A stretch of DNA of 31,630 nt from Vallitaleaceae bacterium (GTDB taxonomy: Bacteria > Bacillota > Clostridia > Lachnospirales > Vallitaleaceae): contig JAQICP010000107.1 in the NCBI GenBank assembly GCA_027858555.1, positions 1 through 31,630 of the forward strand. The letters are read 5' to 3'. Shown here piece by piece: positions 9,448 to 19,315 of this stretch. Under the pieces are notes generated by a model. That model was given only the letters and a program-made list of their open reading frames with translations. It was not told the DNA's origin and ran no database searches. Every line of letters begins with the position of its first letter. The stretch's first letter is position 1. The position numbers and the translations under genes are program-made.

Positions 9448-10194
9448 ATGAAACGAGTAGATGTTTTAGGGATTAAGTTTAATCATATTACGATGGATGA
9501 AAGTGTAGAAGCAATTCTTTCGTACATGGGTGGTTCTGAACAAAAAACCATAACGACTGCTAATCCTGAGATTGTTATGATGGCAAGAAAAGACCAGGTG
9601 TTCAAGCAATTAATTAATTCTGGCCAACTGACTGTTGCAGATGGCATTGGTGTGGTAATCGGTTCGCGCATACTTGGATGTCCGTTGCCTGAAAGGGTAG
9701 CAGGCTATGATTTGTTTCATAATGTATTCGATAGAATTAAAGGGACGGATTATAAAGTGTATTTTTTAGGCGCTGCACCAGGTATTGCGGCTAAGGCCGC
9801 CCGGAATATGAGGCTTAAGTTTGAAGGATTACAGGTTGTTGGCGTTCATGACGGGTACTTTGAATTAGAGGATACCCAGGCTATCATTGATGAAATAAAT
9901 GAAAAAGAAGTGGATCTGGTATTGGTGGGACTCGGTGCACCAAAACAAGAGAGATGGATTGAGGATTATGGAAAAAGATTAAACGCCAAGGTACTCATCG
10001 GTGTTGGTGGGAGTTTTGACGGCATGTCTGGTACGGTTAAAAGAGCACCCGACATATTCATCAAACTAGGACTCGAATGGTTTCACCGTCTAATTACACA
10101 GCCAAGCAGAGCAAGAAGAATGTTGCAATTACCACTCTTCATTTTAGTGGTCATAGGAACAAGGATTAGAGGAGTATTTGGTCATGGAATTTAA
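9448..10194 (+). CDS. WecB/TagA/CpsF family glycosyltransferase
   Basis: TANPE, ADGIGVV, ERVAG.DL, VGLGAPKQE, GVGGSFD and RAP...GLEW..RL motifs. Confidence 0.95.
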   Translation: MKRVDVLGIKFNHITMDESVEAILSYMGGSEQKTITTANPEIVMMARKDQVFKQLINSGQLTVADGIGVVIGSRILGCPLPERVAGYDLFHNVFDRIKGTDYKVYFLGAAPGIAAKAARNMRLKFEGLQVVGVHDGYFELEDTQAIIDEINEKEVDLVLVGLGAPKQERWIEDYGKRLNAKVLIGVGGSFDGMSGTVKRAPDIFIKLGLEWFHRLITQPSRARRMLQLPLFILVVIGTRIRGVFGHGI

Positions 10195-11059
10195 AAGCAG
10201 AAGAAAACCAATCATTGATTATATCTATATGATTATAGGTACAACCTTTTTGGCAATAGCAATCAATTTGTTTTTGGACCCCCTAGAGTTAGTAACTGGT
10301 GGGGTAACTGGTATAGCCATTATCATAAAAGCATTAACTGTAGACATATGGGCCGGTGGTATTCCCATATGGTTTACTAATATTGTCATCAATATGCCCT
10401 TGTTTCTTGTTGCGGTGATTATAAGAGGGAAGAATTTTGGGGGGAGGAGTTTATTTGGTACAGTATTTCTGTCCTTTGCCCTTTATTATACACAATGGAT
10501 ACCACTCATCACTAATGACCGATTCCTTGGCAGTATTGTTGGGGGTGCTCTGGCTGGTGTTGGACTTAGTTTTGTTTTTTTAGCATTTTCAACCACTGGC
10601 GGAACCGACTTGGGTGCCAGTATCATTCAGCATTTTATTAAACACCATTCCCTTGCAAAGATCATGTTTGCACTAGATAGTATGGTTATTTTAGGTGGTT
10701 TCTTTGTGTTCGGCGCAGAAAAAGCACTATATGCATTGATTTCTGTCTTTATCACATCTAAGGTGATTGATGGTGTTTTAGATGGCTTTAATTACTCGAA
10801 AGCAGCATTTATCATATCGAATCATAGTGATTTAATAGCTAGAGATATTATTAATATCTTAGATAGAGGCGCGACCATGTTGCATGGAGAAGGGGCATTT
10901 ACTGGGAACGATAGAAGTGTCATATTATGTGTTGTGTCTAAAAAAGAGATCATTGCCTTAAAACAAATAGCTAAAAAAAGGGATCAAAATGCTTTTCTTA
11001 TGGTTGCTGACGTACGAGAAGTGCTTGGTGAAGGATTTAACGAATACAAAGATGTATAA
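10184..11059 (+). CDS. YitT family membrane protein (C-terminal DUF2179-type domain)
   Basis: GGVTGIAI, STTGGTD and RGAT...GEGAFTG motifs and AF..V.DVREVLGEGF; ATG 10184 chosen by RBS spacing. Confidence 0.92.
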   Translation: MEFKSRRKPIIDYIYMIIGTTFLAIAINLFLDPLELVTGGVTGIAIIIKALTVDIWAGGIPIWFTNIVINMPLFLVAVIIRGKNFGGRSLFGTVFLSFALYYTQWIPLITNDRFLGSIVGGALAGVGLSFVFLAFSTTGGTDLGASIIQHFIKHHSLAKIMFALDSMVILGGFFVFGAEKALYALISVFITSKVIDGVLDGFNYSKAAFIISNHSDLIARDIINILDRGATMLHGEGAFTGNDRSVILCVVSKKEIIALKQIAKKRDQNAFLMVADVREVLGEGFNEYKDV

Positions 11060-11323
11060 ATTTACCCTCATAATTCATAAGAAATGCCTATTGTATAACA
11101 AGTAAATGTCTATCTAGTGTGATGTTTTTGTGAGTTTTCTATGAAAAAGGACCTATTAACAGCCCAGTTATTGAGCAGTTATATGATGGATAGGCAATGA
11201 TAGGCAATATGTACAAATTTCACTCTAGTGATTTGGTTAATTAATCAATGGCGTATCCAATTCAAATATAGTATAGTACTAAATGAGCAACAAACAATTT
11301 ATAACCTAAGGGGGCTATAAAAA

Positions 11324-12436
11324 ATGGCAAGTTTATCACTAAGAAATATTCAAAAGCAATATCCTAATGGCGTAGTAGCGGTACAAGATTTCAATCTAGA
11401 GATTGAAGACAAAGAGTTTATCATCTTTGTAGGACCATCAGGATGTGGAAAATCAACTACATTACGTATGATTGCTGGACTTGAAGAGATAACTGACGGT
11501 GAATTATACATTGACGACAGATTAGTAAATAATGTCGAGCCAAAAGACAGAGACATCGCAATGGTATTCCAAAATTACGCGTTATATCCACATATGACCG
11601 TTTTTGAGAATATGGCATTTGGCTTAAGACTAAGAAAAACACCAAAAGCTGAAATTATGAAACGTGTACAAGAAGCTGCAAAAATATTATCAATCGAACC
11701 ATTACTCGCACGTCGTCCAAAAGCATTGTCTGGTGGACAGCGACAAAGAGTTGCTATGGGTCGTGCGATTGTTCGTGAGCCTAAGGTATTCCTTATGGAT
11801 GAGCCTCTTTCAAACCTTGATGCTAAATTAAGAGTTCAGATGAGACTTGAGATTGCAAAACTACACAATCGTCTTCAAACAACTATCGTATATGTTACAC
11901 ATGATCAAATTGAGGCGATGACACTTGGTACTAGAATCGTAGTATTAAAAGATGGTATCATCCAACAAGTGGATTCACCAGCTAACTTATATGGTAAACC
12001 AGATAATAAATTCGTTGCAGGCTTCATAGGTTCACCACAGATGAATTTTCTTGAAGCTAAAGCAATTAAATCAGACTCAGGTGTTGTGTTATTGTTCGGC
12101 TCTAACTCAATCACTTTGAATGAAGCTAAGGGTAAGAAATTGATTGATGGTGGTTTTATTGATAAAGATATATACTTAGGTGTACGTCCAGAAGATATTC
12201 ATGATACCCAAGTTTTTTTAGAGTCATCTCCTGAAAGTATATTTGAAGCAGAGATATCTGTAACAGAGATGCTTGGAAATGCGATTCACTTGCATTTCAC
12301 TGTTGATGCATATGATATGACAGCTATCGTTGATCCTAGATCAAAAGCAAAAGCAGGCGATATTGTTAAATTAGCAATTGACCTTAACAACGTACATATC
12401 TTTGATAAAGAGACTGAGATGGTAATAAGTAACTAG
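11324..12436 (+). CDS. Carbohydrate ABC transporter ATP-binding subunit (MsmX/UgpC/MalK type)
   Basis: Walker A GPSGCGKS, signature LSGGQRQR, Walker B FLMDEP, C-terminal TOBE-like region; no permease genes adjacent. Confidence 0.95.
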   Translation: MASLSLRNIQKQYPNGVVAVQDFNLEIEDKEFIIFVGPSGCGKSTTLRMIAGLEEITDGELYIDDRLVNNVEPKDRDIAMVFQNYALYPHMTVFENMAFGLRLRKTPKAEIMKRVQEAAKILSIEPLLARRPKALSGGQRQRVAMGRAIVREPKVFLMDEPLSNLDAKLRVQMRLEIAKLHNRLQTTIVYVTHDQIEAMTLGTRIVVLKDGIIQQVDSPANLYGKPDNKFVAGFIGSPQMNFLEAKAIKSDSGVVLLFGSNSITLNEAKGKKLIDGGFIDKDIYLGVRPEDIHDTQVFLESSPESIFEAEISVTEMLGNAIHLHFTVDAYDMTAIVDPRSKAKAGDIVKLAIDLNNVHIFDKETEMVISN

Positions 12437-12472
12437 TTTAGGGTTTAAAGTAAGGCTTTTAGAAGAAATATA

Positions 12473-12507
12473 GGGGAAATGTACTTTTATTGTGCATTTC
12501 CCCTTTT
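12473..12507 (+). terminator. Probable intrinsic terminator after the ABC ATPase gene
   Basis: GGGGAAATGTAC-ttttatt-GTGCATTTCCCC followed by TTTT. Confidence 0.7.
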
Positions 12508-12565
12508 CATTTCCCCAAATATGTTTTAAAATTAGAGCAAAGACAACGATGCAAGGAGAGACGAC

Positions 12566-13657
12566 ATGATATCTAATCAAATTCTACAAAACACCATTGA
12601 TGGACTTAAAGCAATAACACGGATTGAAATTAATGTTTTAGATTCGGATGGAAAAGTACTGGCCACAACAGAAGATGAAGTCTTAGAAGATTATAGTAGT
12701 GCGATTTCAGAATTTGTATTATCCCAAGCAGAATCTCAATTGATGATGGGCTATCATTTTTTTAAAGTATATGATGACCATACAGTTGAATATGTTATTT
12801 CTGCCAGAGGTGAAGCAGATGATGTATATAAGATCGGTAAGATAGCTTCGTTTCAGATTCAGAATCTATTAGTTGCCTATAAGGAAAGATATGATAAAGA
12901 TAATTTTGTCAAGAATTTGCTATTAGACAATCTTTTATTGGTCGATATATATAATAGAGCTAAAAAGCTCCATATAGAGATGGATGCCAAAAGGGTTGCC
13001 ATTATTATAGAGACAAAGTTGGAAAAGGATATCAATGCCTTAGAAGTGGTAAGGAGCATATTCCCTTCAAAAACCAAAGAGTTTATTACCGCAGTTGATG
13101 AAAAAAATATTATATTGATTAAGGAACTAAGCGATAAGGAAGATGTAAAAGATATAGAGAAGATGTCGGCATCCATACTAGACACCTTAAACTCAGAAGC
13201 AATGAGTTCTTGTTATGTGGCATATGGCACAGTCGTACACGACATTAAAGATGTTTCAAGATCATACAAAGAAGCTAAGATGGCTCGCGAAGTTGGCAAG
13301 ATATTCTACACGGACCACCAAATAATGGGATATAATCGATTAGGCATCGGAAGATTAATCTATCAGTTACCAGTGCCACTATGTAAGATGTTTATATCAG
13401 AGATATTTAAATACAGATCACCTGATGATTTTGATGAAGAAACCCTTGAAACCATCAACAAGTTCTTTGAAAATAGTTTGAATGTCTCAGAGACTTCAAG
13501 ACAACTATATATTCATAGAAATACCCTGGTTTATCGATTAGATAAATTAGAAAAGAATACCGGATTGGACCTTAGGATATTTGACGATGCAATCACATTT
13601 AAGATAGCCTTGATGGTAGTTAAATACATGAAATATATGAGTGAAGCTGAGTATTAA
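12566..13657 (+). CDS. CdaR/PucR family transcriptional regulator
   Basis: C-terminal HTH motif NVSETSRQLYIHRNTLVYRLDKL and a GGDEF-like central region; 363 aa. Confidence 0.92.
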   Translation: MISNQILQNTIDGLKAITRIEINVLDSDGKVLATTEDEVLEDYSSAISEFVLSQAESQLMMGYHFFKVYDDHTVEYVISARGEADDVYKIGKIASFQIQNLLVAYKERYDKDNFVKNLLLDNLLLVDIYNRAKKLHIEMDAKRVAIIIETKLEKDINALEVVRSIFPSKTKEFITAVDEKNIILIKELSDKEDVKDIEKMSASILDTLNSEAMSSCYVAYGTVVHDIKDVSRSYKEAKMAREVGKIFYTDHQIMGYNRLGIGRLIYQLPVPLCKMFISEIFKYRSPDDFDEETLETINKFFENSLNVSETSRQLYIHRNTLVYRLDKLEKNTGLDLRIFDDAITFKIALMVVKYMKYMSEAEY

Positions 13658-13688
13658 TCTCGGCTTCTCTTTTAGATATAGAGGAGGC

Positions 13689-14381
13689 ATGAATTTGTTA
13701 AGACTGGAGAATGTAACTAAGACTTACCCGAATGGTGTAATAGCACTAAACAGTGTAAATTTGAATATAGAGAAAGGTGAGTTCGTATTTATTGTAGGTT
13801 CTAGTGGTTCTGGAAAATCTACATTGATTAAGCTCATCATGCAAGAGTTGAAGGTTACAAGTGGGCAGTTATATATTGAAGGACAAGATGTAACGCACAT
13901 CAGTAGGAGAAAGATTCCAAAACTTAGACGTAAGATGGGTGTGGTATTTCAAGACTTCCGCTTATTGGATAAAATGACAGTCTATAGTAATGTTGCTTTT
14001 GCAATGAAAGTAACAGAGACGCCAGCTAGAAAAATCAGAAGAATGGTACCAACAGTTCTTTCCATGGTTGGACTTGGCAAAAAAATGAAAAGGTATCCAA
14101 ATCAACTATCTGGTGGTGAGCAGCAAAGAACTGCTCTCGCTCGTGCTTTAGTGAATAACCCTCACCTATTATTGGCTGATGAGCCAACAGGTAATCTTGA
14201 TCCCAAAACGTCTTGGGAAATCGTGAAATTATTGATTGATATCAATCTGAGAGGAACGACCGTCATCATAGTAACACATGATAGTGAGATTGTTAATGCT
14301 ATGAAAAAGCGAGTTGTTACTTTGAAAGATGGACATATAGTAAAAGATGAGCAGAGGGGGGACTACGGCTATGAGCATTAG
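13689..14381 (+). CDS. ftsE: Cell division ATP-binding protein FtsE
   Basis: GSSGSGKST, GVVFQDFRLL and LSGGEQQR motifs; ADEPTGNLDP.TSWEI; GAGGAGG RBS places the start at 13689. Confidence 0.93.
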   Translation: MNLLRLENVTKTYPNGVIALNSVNLNIEKGEFVFIVGSSGSGKSTLIKLIMQELKVTSGQLYIEGQDVTHISRRKIPKLRRKMGVVFQDFRLLDKMTVYSNVAFAMKVTETPARKIRRMVPTVLSMVGLGKKMKRYPNQLSGGEQQRTALARALVNNPHLLLADEPTGNLDPKTSWEIVKLLIDINLRGTTVIIVTHDSEIVNAMKKRVVTLKDGHIVKDEQRGDYGYEH

Positions 14382-15278
14382 AACTTTCTTCTACGCATTC
14401 AAGGAAGGTGTAATTAATTTATTCAAGAATAGATTAATGACATTTGCATCTATAGGTACTATTTCGGCCTGTTTACTAGTTGTTAGTATTTTCTACATTG
14501 TTAGTTCTAATGTGGATTATATGGTAGAAGCTGTTCAAAACAACATAGGTATAGCCGTATTTTTTGATGATGGCATTAGTGAAGAGAATATATTAGAATT
14601 GAAAGCTATTATTGAAGAAAGACCAGAAGTCTACAAATCAACTTACATCTCAGCTGAGGAAGCATGGCAGACATTCAAGGGTGATTATTTTTCAGGTCGG
14701 GAAGAATTACTTTCGGGATTTGAAAACGAGAATCCACTTGAGAATTCAGCATCCTTACAGATATTTATGGCGGATATGACCAGACAAGGTGAATTGGTAA
14801 CTTATATTAATTCACTTGAGGGTATTCGACATATAAGAGAAGACAGACAGATTACAGATATCATAAAAACTGTCAGTGATATGATTCAATATATTAGTAT
14901 TGTACTCATTGCGGTGTTACTACTGATATCAGTCTTTTTAATATCTAATACTGTCAGGATTGGGATAGAGGTCAGGAAGAAGGAGATTAACATTATGAAA
15001 TTCATCGGAGCAACCGATACCTTTATAAGAGGACCTTTTTGGTAGAGGGGGCTTTGATTGGTATGTTTGGAGCAATTATACCTTTAAGTCTTGTGTACTA
15101 TTTCTATGATGAGGTTACTACTCAGGTTGTAACAAAATTCGGTATCCTTAGTGATTATTTGGTTTTTATTCCAGTACTGGAGATGTTCAAATTACTCGTA
15201 CCAATATCTATCGGTGTGGGTATGTTAATTGGTATTTTTGGTAGTTTAATTACAGTAACAAAACACCTGAAAGTTTAG
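14371..15278 (+). pseudogene. ftsX: FtsX permease, split by an apparent 1-nt deletion at 15036-15040 (real frameshift or sequencing error)
   Basis: ORF 14371-15045 ends FIRGPFW* and ORF 15039-15278 starts (L)VEGALIG. One more T in the T5 run gives FIRGPFLVEG and a 302-aa FtsX. Confidence 0.85.
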
Positions 15279-15300
15279 AGAACTGGATTGGAGGCAGCAT

Positions 15301-16488
15301 ATGAAGAAGCAATCTAGAATTATATTTATTATATTTTTCTCAATACTATTAATAGTACAGACACCACTCGAGGTATCTGCTAGTGATAGTTATGGCGATT
15401 TACAACAGAAAATAAAAGACTGGGAATATCAAGAAGAGGAAAATGAAGCTGCAAGAGAGCAGACTTTATATGAGATTGAGCTAACCAAAGAGTATCTTAG
15501 TCAAATCTATGGTCGCTTGGATATAATTGAACAAAACATATTGGCTGCTGATGCTGAAATAGAAGCCATTGAGAATCAGATATTGCAAAAAAATGAAGAG
15601 ATCAAGTTAACCCAAGAAGCCTTAAACCGAGCGATTATAGAAGAGGCTGATTATCATGAACAAGTAGCAGATCGATTGATGATCATGTATGAATATGGAG
15701 AAGTTGGTTATTGGGAAGTATTGTTGGAATCAGAGAACTTAGGTGATTTTTTCACTAGGCTAGAGTATTTATCACAAATATTCAATTATGATGAAAAGAT
15801 GTTTGATAAGCTTGAAGAGATGCAAGAGAGTATCATTGCTCAAGAGACTCAAATGGAAATCGAACAAATGGATATGGATATCATTCTATCTGAATTAGAA
15901 TTGAAAAAGGTACAAGCTGAAGCGCTCTATGCGGACAAAGCTTCTGAAATGGCTGTGGTCGAAGAGAATCAACTGATGTTAGATATGCAAATTGCGTTTC
16001 AAGAAGAAGAAGAAGAAAGAATTAATGAGGGCTATTTGAAGGCCGTTGAAGCTATGGAGAATTACCTGCAGTGGTCTGATGGAGAACTGGATTGGCCAGC
16101 ACCTGGACAAACCAGGATTACTTCGAATTTTGGTATGCGTGTTCATCCTATTACTGGGGTTACAAAACAGCATAATGGGTTAGATATAGGCATGCCGTAT
16201 GGCACTACGATTGTGGCAGCTGAAACTGGTACAGTTATTAGAGCTAATTATTCTTCCTCTTATGGTAATGTGGTTATGATTAGTCATGGAACCTGGGAAG
16301 GGCATCAGTATTTCACTCTCTATGCACATAACTCCAAATTATTAGTTGTAGAAGGACAAACAGTTCTTAGAGGTGATCCTATCTCTCAAGCTGGAAGTAC
16401 AGGTTGGTCAACAGGCGTGCATTTGCATTTTGGTGTCATGAAGGATACTACGTGGGTAAATCCACTGTACTACTTTGAAAAGAATTAA
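15301..16488 (+). CDS. Coiled-coil M23 peptidase (EnvC-like murein hydrolase/activator)
   Basis: Signal peptide, long acidic coiled coil, and M23 metal ligands HNGLD and HLH intact; directly after ftsEX. Confidence 0.9.
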   Translation: MKKQSRIIFIIFFSILLIVQTPLEVSASDSYGDLQQKIKDWEYQEEENEAAREQTLYEIELTKEYLSQIYGRLDIIEQNILAADAEIEAIENQILQKNEEIKLTQEALNRAIIEEADYHEQVADRLMIMYEYGEVGYWEVLLESENLGDFFTRLEYLSQIFNYDEKMFDKLEEMQESIIAQETQMEIEQMDMDIILSELELKKVQAEALYADKASEMAVVEENQLMLDMQIAFQEEEEERINEGYLKAVEAMENYLQWSDGELDWPAPGQTRITSNFGMRVHPITGVTKQHNGLDIGMPYGTTIVAAETGTVIRANYSSSYGNVVMISHGTWEGHQYFTLYAHNSKLLVVEGQTVLRGDPISQAGSTGWSTGVHLHFGVMKDTTWVNPLYYFEKN

Positions 16489-16518
16489 TAGAATGAAGTG
16501 ATAGAAATGAGGTATTTC

Positions 16519-17796
16519 ATGAAAGAAAATTATAGGAAAGCCTATTTTGCTGGGCTACTTACGGCATTAGTAGGCATAGTTGTCATTGTACTAGGGTTTT
16601 ACCTTGTAAAAGGGGTTTTACATGTGGCTACAACTGTCAAAGGGAACGAAGCTGTTGTTGTTAATTCTGATATAGGTAGCGATACCGGTTCTGAACAAGA
16701 GCCCGATATTACCTATACATTAGACACGGCGCAGGATAAAGTCAGTGAGATAAAGGACATCATTGATGCCGTGTATTACGAGCCATATGACGAAGAATTA
16801 TTATATGATGATATGTATAAAGGCATGATGGAAGCACTGGGCGATCCTTACTCAAGTTATTTTACACCAGGGGAATTTCAGACACTGATGGAGAGTAGTT
16901 CGGGTAGTTATGAAGGCATCGGCGTTGTTATTTCCTTTTCTGAAGATGGCGAGGATATTGTAGTAGTAGCGCCTTTTGAAGGCTCACCAGGCGATCTGGC
17001 AGGATTACGACCTAATGATGTGATTAGGGCAGCAGATGGCCTATCACTTGAAGGCATGACATTGGAAGAGGCAGTGAATTATATAAAAGGCGATAAGGGA
17101 ACAGAAGTTACACTGACGATTTTTAGACCTTCAACTGAAGAGACGCTAGACATAGTTGTTATAAGAGATGAAATAACCCAAGAATCTGTTTACTATGAGA
17201 TGCTAGGCGATGACATCGGTTATATTCGACTCACAGGGTTTCAAGATCAAACAGATGAGCAATTTGAAGATGCCCTTGATGATTTAGACGGTCAGGGTCA
17301 AAAAGGACTGATTATAGACTTGCGTAATAATCCAGGTGGGTTGCTTACGACTGTTAATACCATAGCTGATCGATTATTAGGTGAATCCTTAATTGTATAT
17401 ACCGAAGACAAGAATGGCAAGAAAAAAGAATACTTTTCTAATGCCTCTGAATCATTTGATAAACCGATTGTGGTTCTAGTGAATGATTATTCTGCAAGTG
17501 CTTCTGAGATATTAGCTGGTGCACTTAAAGATTTAGGTGTCGGCACCTTGGTTGGGACGACCACATATGGTAAGGGATTGGTTCAAAATATAATTCCTTT
17601 ATCAGATGGTTCAGCACTTAAAGTAACTATTGCAAAATATTTCACCCCATCAGGTGCGTATATTAATCAAGTTGGTATAGAGCCAGATATAACAGTAGCT
17701 TTAGAAGATGATATGCCTTACTTATTCGATACTGAACAAGTAGATGATGTTCAATTGCAAAAAGCTATTGAGACAATGCTTGGTATCATTCAATAG
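16519..17796 (+). CDS. S41 family C-terminal processing peptidase with PDZ domain
   Basis: GDPYS, DLRNNPGG, catalytic SASASE and GKGLVQ motifs; start at 16519 by the GAGGT RBS. Confidence 0.93.
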   Translation: MKENYRKAYFAGLLTALVGIVVIVLGFYLVKGVLHVATTVKGNEAVVVNSDIGSDTGSEQEPDITYTLDTAQDKVSEIKDIIDAVYYEPYDEELLYDDMYKGMMEALGDPYSSYFTPGEFQTLMESSSGSYEGIGVVISFSEDGEDIVVVAPFEGSPGDLAGLRPNDVIRAADGLSLEGMTLEEAVNYIKGDKGTEVTLTIFRPSTEETLDIVVIRDEITQESVYYEMLGDDIGYIRLTGFQDQTDEQFEDALDDLDGQGQKGLIIDLRNNPGGLLTTVNTIADRLLGESLIVYTEDKNGKKKEYFSNASESFDKPIVVLVNDYSASASEILAGALKDLGVGTLVGTTTYGKGLVQNIIPLSDGSALKVTIAKYFTPSGAYINQVGIEPDITVALEDDMPYLFDTEQVDDVQLQKAIETMLGIIQ

Positions 17797-17802
17797 GAGA
17801 TT

Positions 17803-19059
17803 ATGATGTTTGATTTGTTTAGTATATCTTTAATTGGTGTTGCACAATCTGTTTTCAGTTATATGTTTGTGATGTTAGTATGGATATTATATATGCTAGT
17901 TAAAAAGCTTGGCTTAGCCAATGTCTATAATAGAGACCAGTCTCGGACCACATTTGCCAGTATGATTGAGTTGGCAATGCATGGTACAATTGCTGGATTT
18001 ATCTTGAGTCTGGTATTGATATTAATCGGCATACCAATTACCATGTCGCCGTACTTGCTCTTGCTCATTCCCATCAGTTTAATACTTGGTATGGGTAATA
18101 TCAGATATCTATGTATGTCCTATTCAATGGGTGTTTTAGGTTTAATGGCTATGATCTTTAATGGGCAAAATTTAGGGTCAGTGACGCTTCCGAACATAGA
18201 TATCGAAGTTAGTGGCTTAATAGCACTAGCAGGTGCGCTACACGTCATAGAAGGGGTGCTAGTGGCATTATATGGCGATAGAGATGCAATACCTATCGTT
18301 TCAAAAAAAGGCGACCAGATCTTACTTGGTCATATTATACAGCGGTATTGGCCGATTCCCTTTGCTGCATTAATAGCAACTACAGGAGCGTTCACTGGGG
18401 GAACGGTAGAAATGCCAAATTGGTGGCCATTTATAGGACAATCCTCCTTTATAGTGGACAGCATGATTTTCATGCCCTTGTCCATGCTTGGTATATTAGG
18501 CTATAGTACTGTCACTTTTGTACAGTCGCCTAAGAAGAGAGTCGTCGGCTCAGGTATTGGTATTAGCATCTATGGTATCGTACTGATTGGTCTTGGGCTT
18601 ATCAGTCAGAACAATATGGTGTTAGAAATAATCGGCATAGTAAGCATGGTTGGCCTGCATGAATTAATCATTGCAGTAGAATTGTTTTATGAAAACAATA
18701 CGGAACCCATATATCCATTACCAGAAAAAGGCATACGGATCATGCATGTCAATGAAGGTAGTATTGCTGAGTACATGGGCTTGGTAAAAGGCGACCTGAT
18801 TGAGAATATCAATGGTATTGAGGTTGTTAATTTGCGACATTTCAAAGCAATAATGAAGCAAAAATATAATGCCATTAAGATACAGGTAGTTGACATTACC
18901 AGTAGAAGTAAAGAACTAAATTATACTTCAACTAAGAAAACCATTGAAGCCCTTGGCATCAAATTAATACCAGAAAATCCAGTCGTATTGTTTAAAGCCA
19001 GTAATATGATGAAGATTGGTATGATTCATCTGATGCGGAATCGGAACATGAAGAAGTAA
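17803..19059 (+). CDS. Multi-pass membrane protein with C-terminal PDZ domain (MinJ-like)
   Basis: Many TM helices with C.SYS and HVIEG motifs, then GIRIMHV..GS.AE..GL..GD.I..ING (PDZ). Its position after ctp mirrors B. subtilis ctpB/minJ. The start may be 17806. Confidence 0.75.
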   Translation: MMFDLFSISLIGVAQSVFSYMFVMLVWILYMLVKKLGLANVYNRDQSRTTFASMIELAMHGTIAGFILSLVLILIGIPITMSPYLLLLIPISLILGMGNIRYLCMSYSMGVLGLMAMIFNGQNLGSVTLPNIDIEVSGLIALAGALHVIEGVLVALYGDRDAIPIVSKKGDQILLGHIIQRYWPIPFAALIATTGAFTGGTVEMPNWWPFIGQSSFIVDSMIFMPLSMLGILGYSTVTFVQSPKKRVVGSGIGISIYGIVLIGLGLISQNNMVLEIIGIVSMVGLHELIIAVELFYENNTEPIYPLPEKGIRIMHVNEGSIAEYMGLVKGDLIENINGIEVVNLRHFKAIMKQKYNAIKIQVVDITSRSKELNYTSTKKTIEALGIKLIPENPVVLFKASNMMKIGMIHLMRNRNMKK

Positions 19060-19081
19060 ATGTAATTAATATAATGAGTAA

Positions 19082-19109
19082 AGCCCTGATATCATATGAT
19101 ATCAGGGCT
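19082..19109. repeat. Perfect 28-bp palindrome
   Basis: AGCCCTGATATCAT|ATGATATCAGGGCT. Confidence 0.9.
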
Positions 19110-19121
19110 CAGATTGTAGAC

Positions 19122-19146
19122 AAAGTCCTCACACGAGGACTTTTTT
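19122..19146 (+). terminator. Intrinsic terminator between convergent PDZ and permease genes
   Basis: AAAGTCCTC-acac-GAGGACTTT, with six T in total after GAGGAC. Confidence 0.75.
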
Positions 19147-19315
19147 CTATGGGTATTATTATCTTGGCTGACAAGGAGCCACACCTATACCATAGCTTCG
19201 CTACTGTTTTGATTAGTCCTAGGTAAAGGTATGGATTAGCTTTCGACAGGATGATGAATGTCCCAAGAATTAGATTACGAACTTCTTTCTTTGTATAATC
19301 ATTACTTTGTTTAAC

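Noticed and set aside
11189-11208. GATAGGCAAT repeated twice upstream of the sugar ABC ATPase
   Set aside because: A single 10-bp duplication with no supporting motif context; it could be a regulator site but is not distinguishable from chance here.
15031-15045. Programmed -1 ribosomal frameshift in ftsX
   Set aside because: The sequence does not fit an X XXY YYZ slippery heptamer in frame, and FtsX is not known to be recoded.
19109-19315. 68 open codons in frame directly after the permease TAA (possible stop read-through or small ORF)
   Set aside because: There is no ATG or clear RBS, the permease already has a normal BceB-type length and C-terminus, and I recognise no homology.
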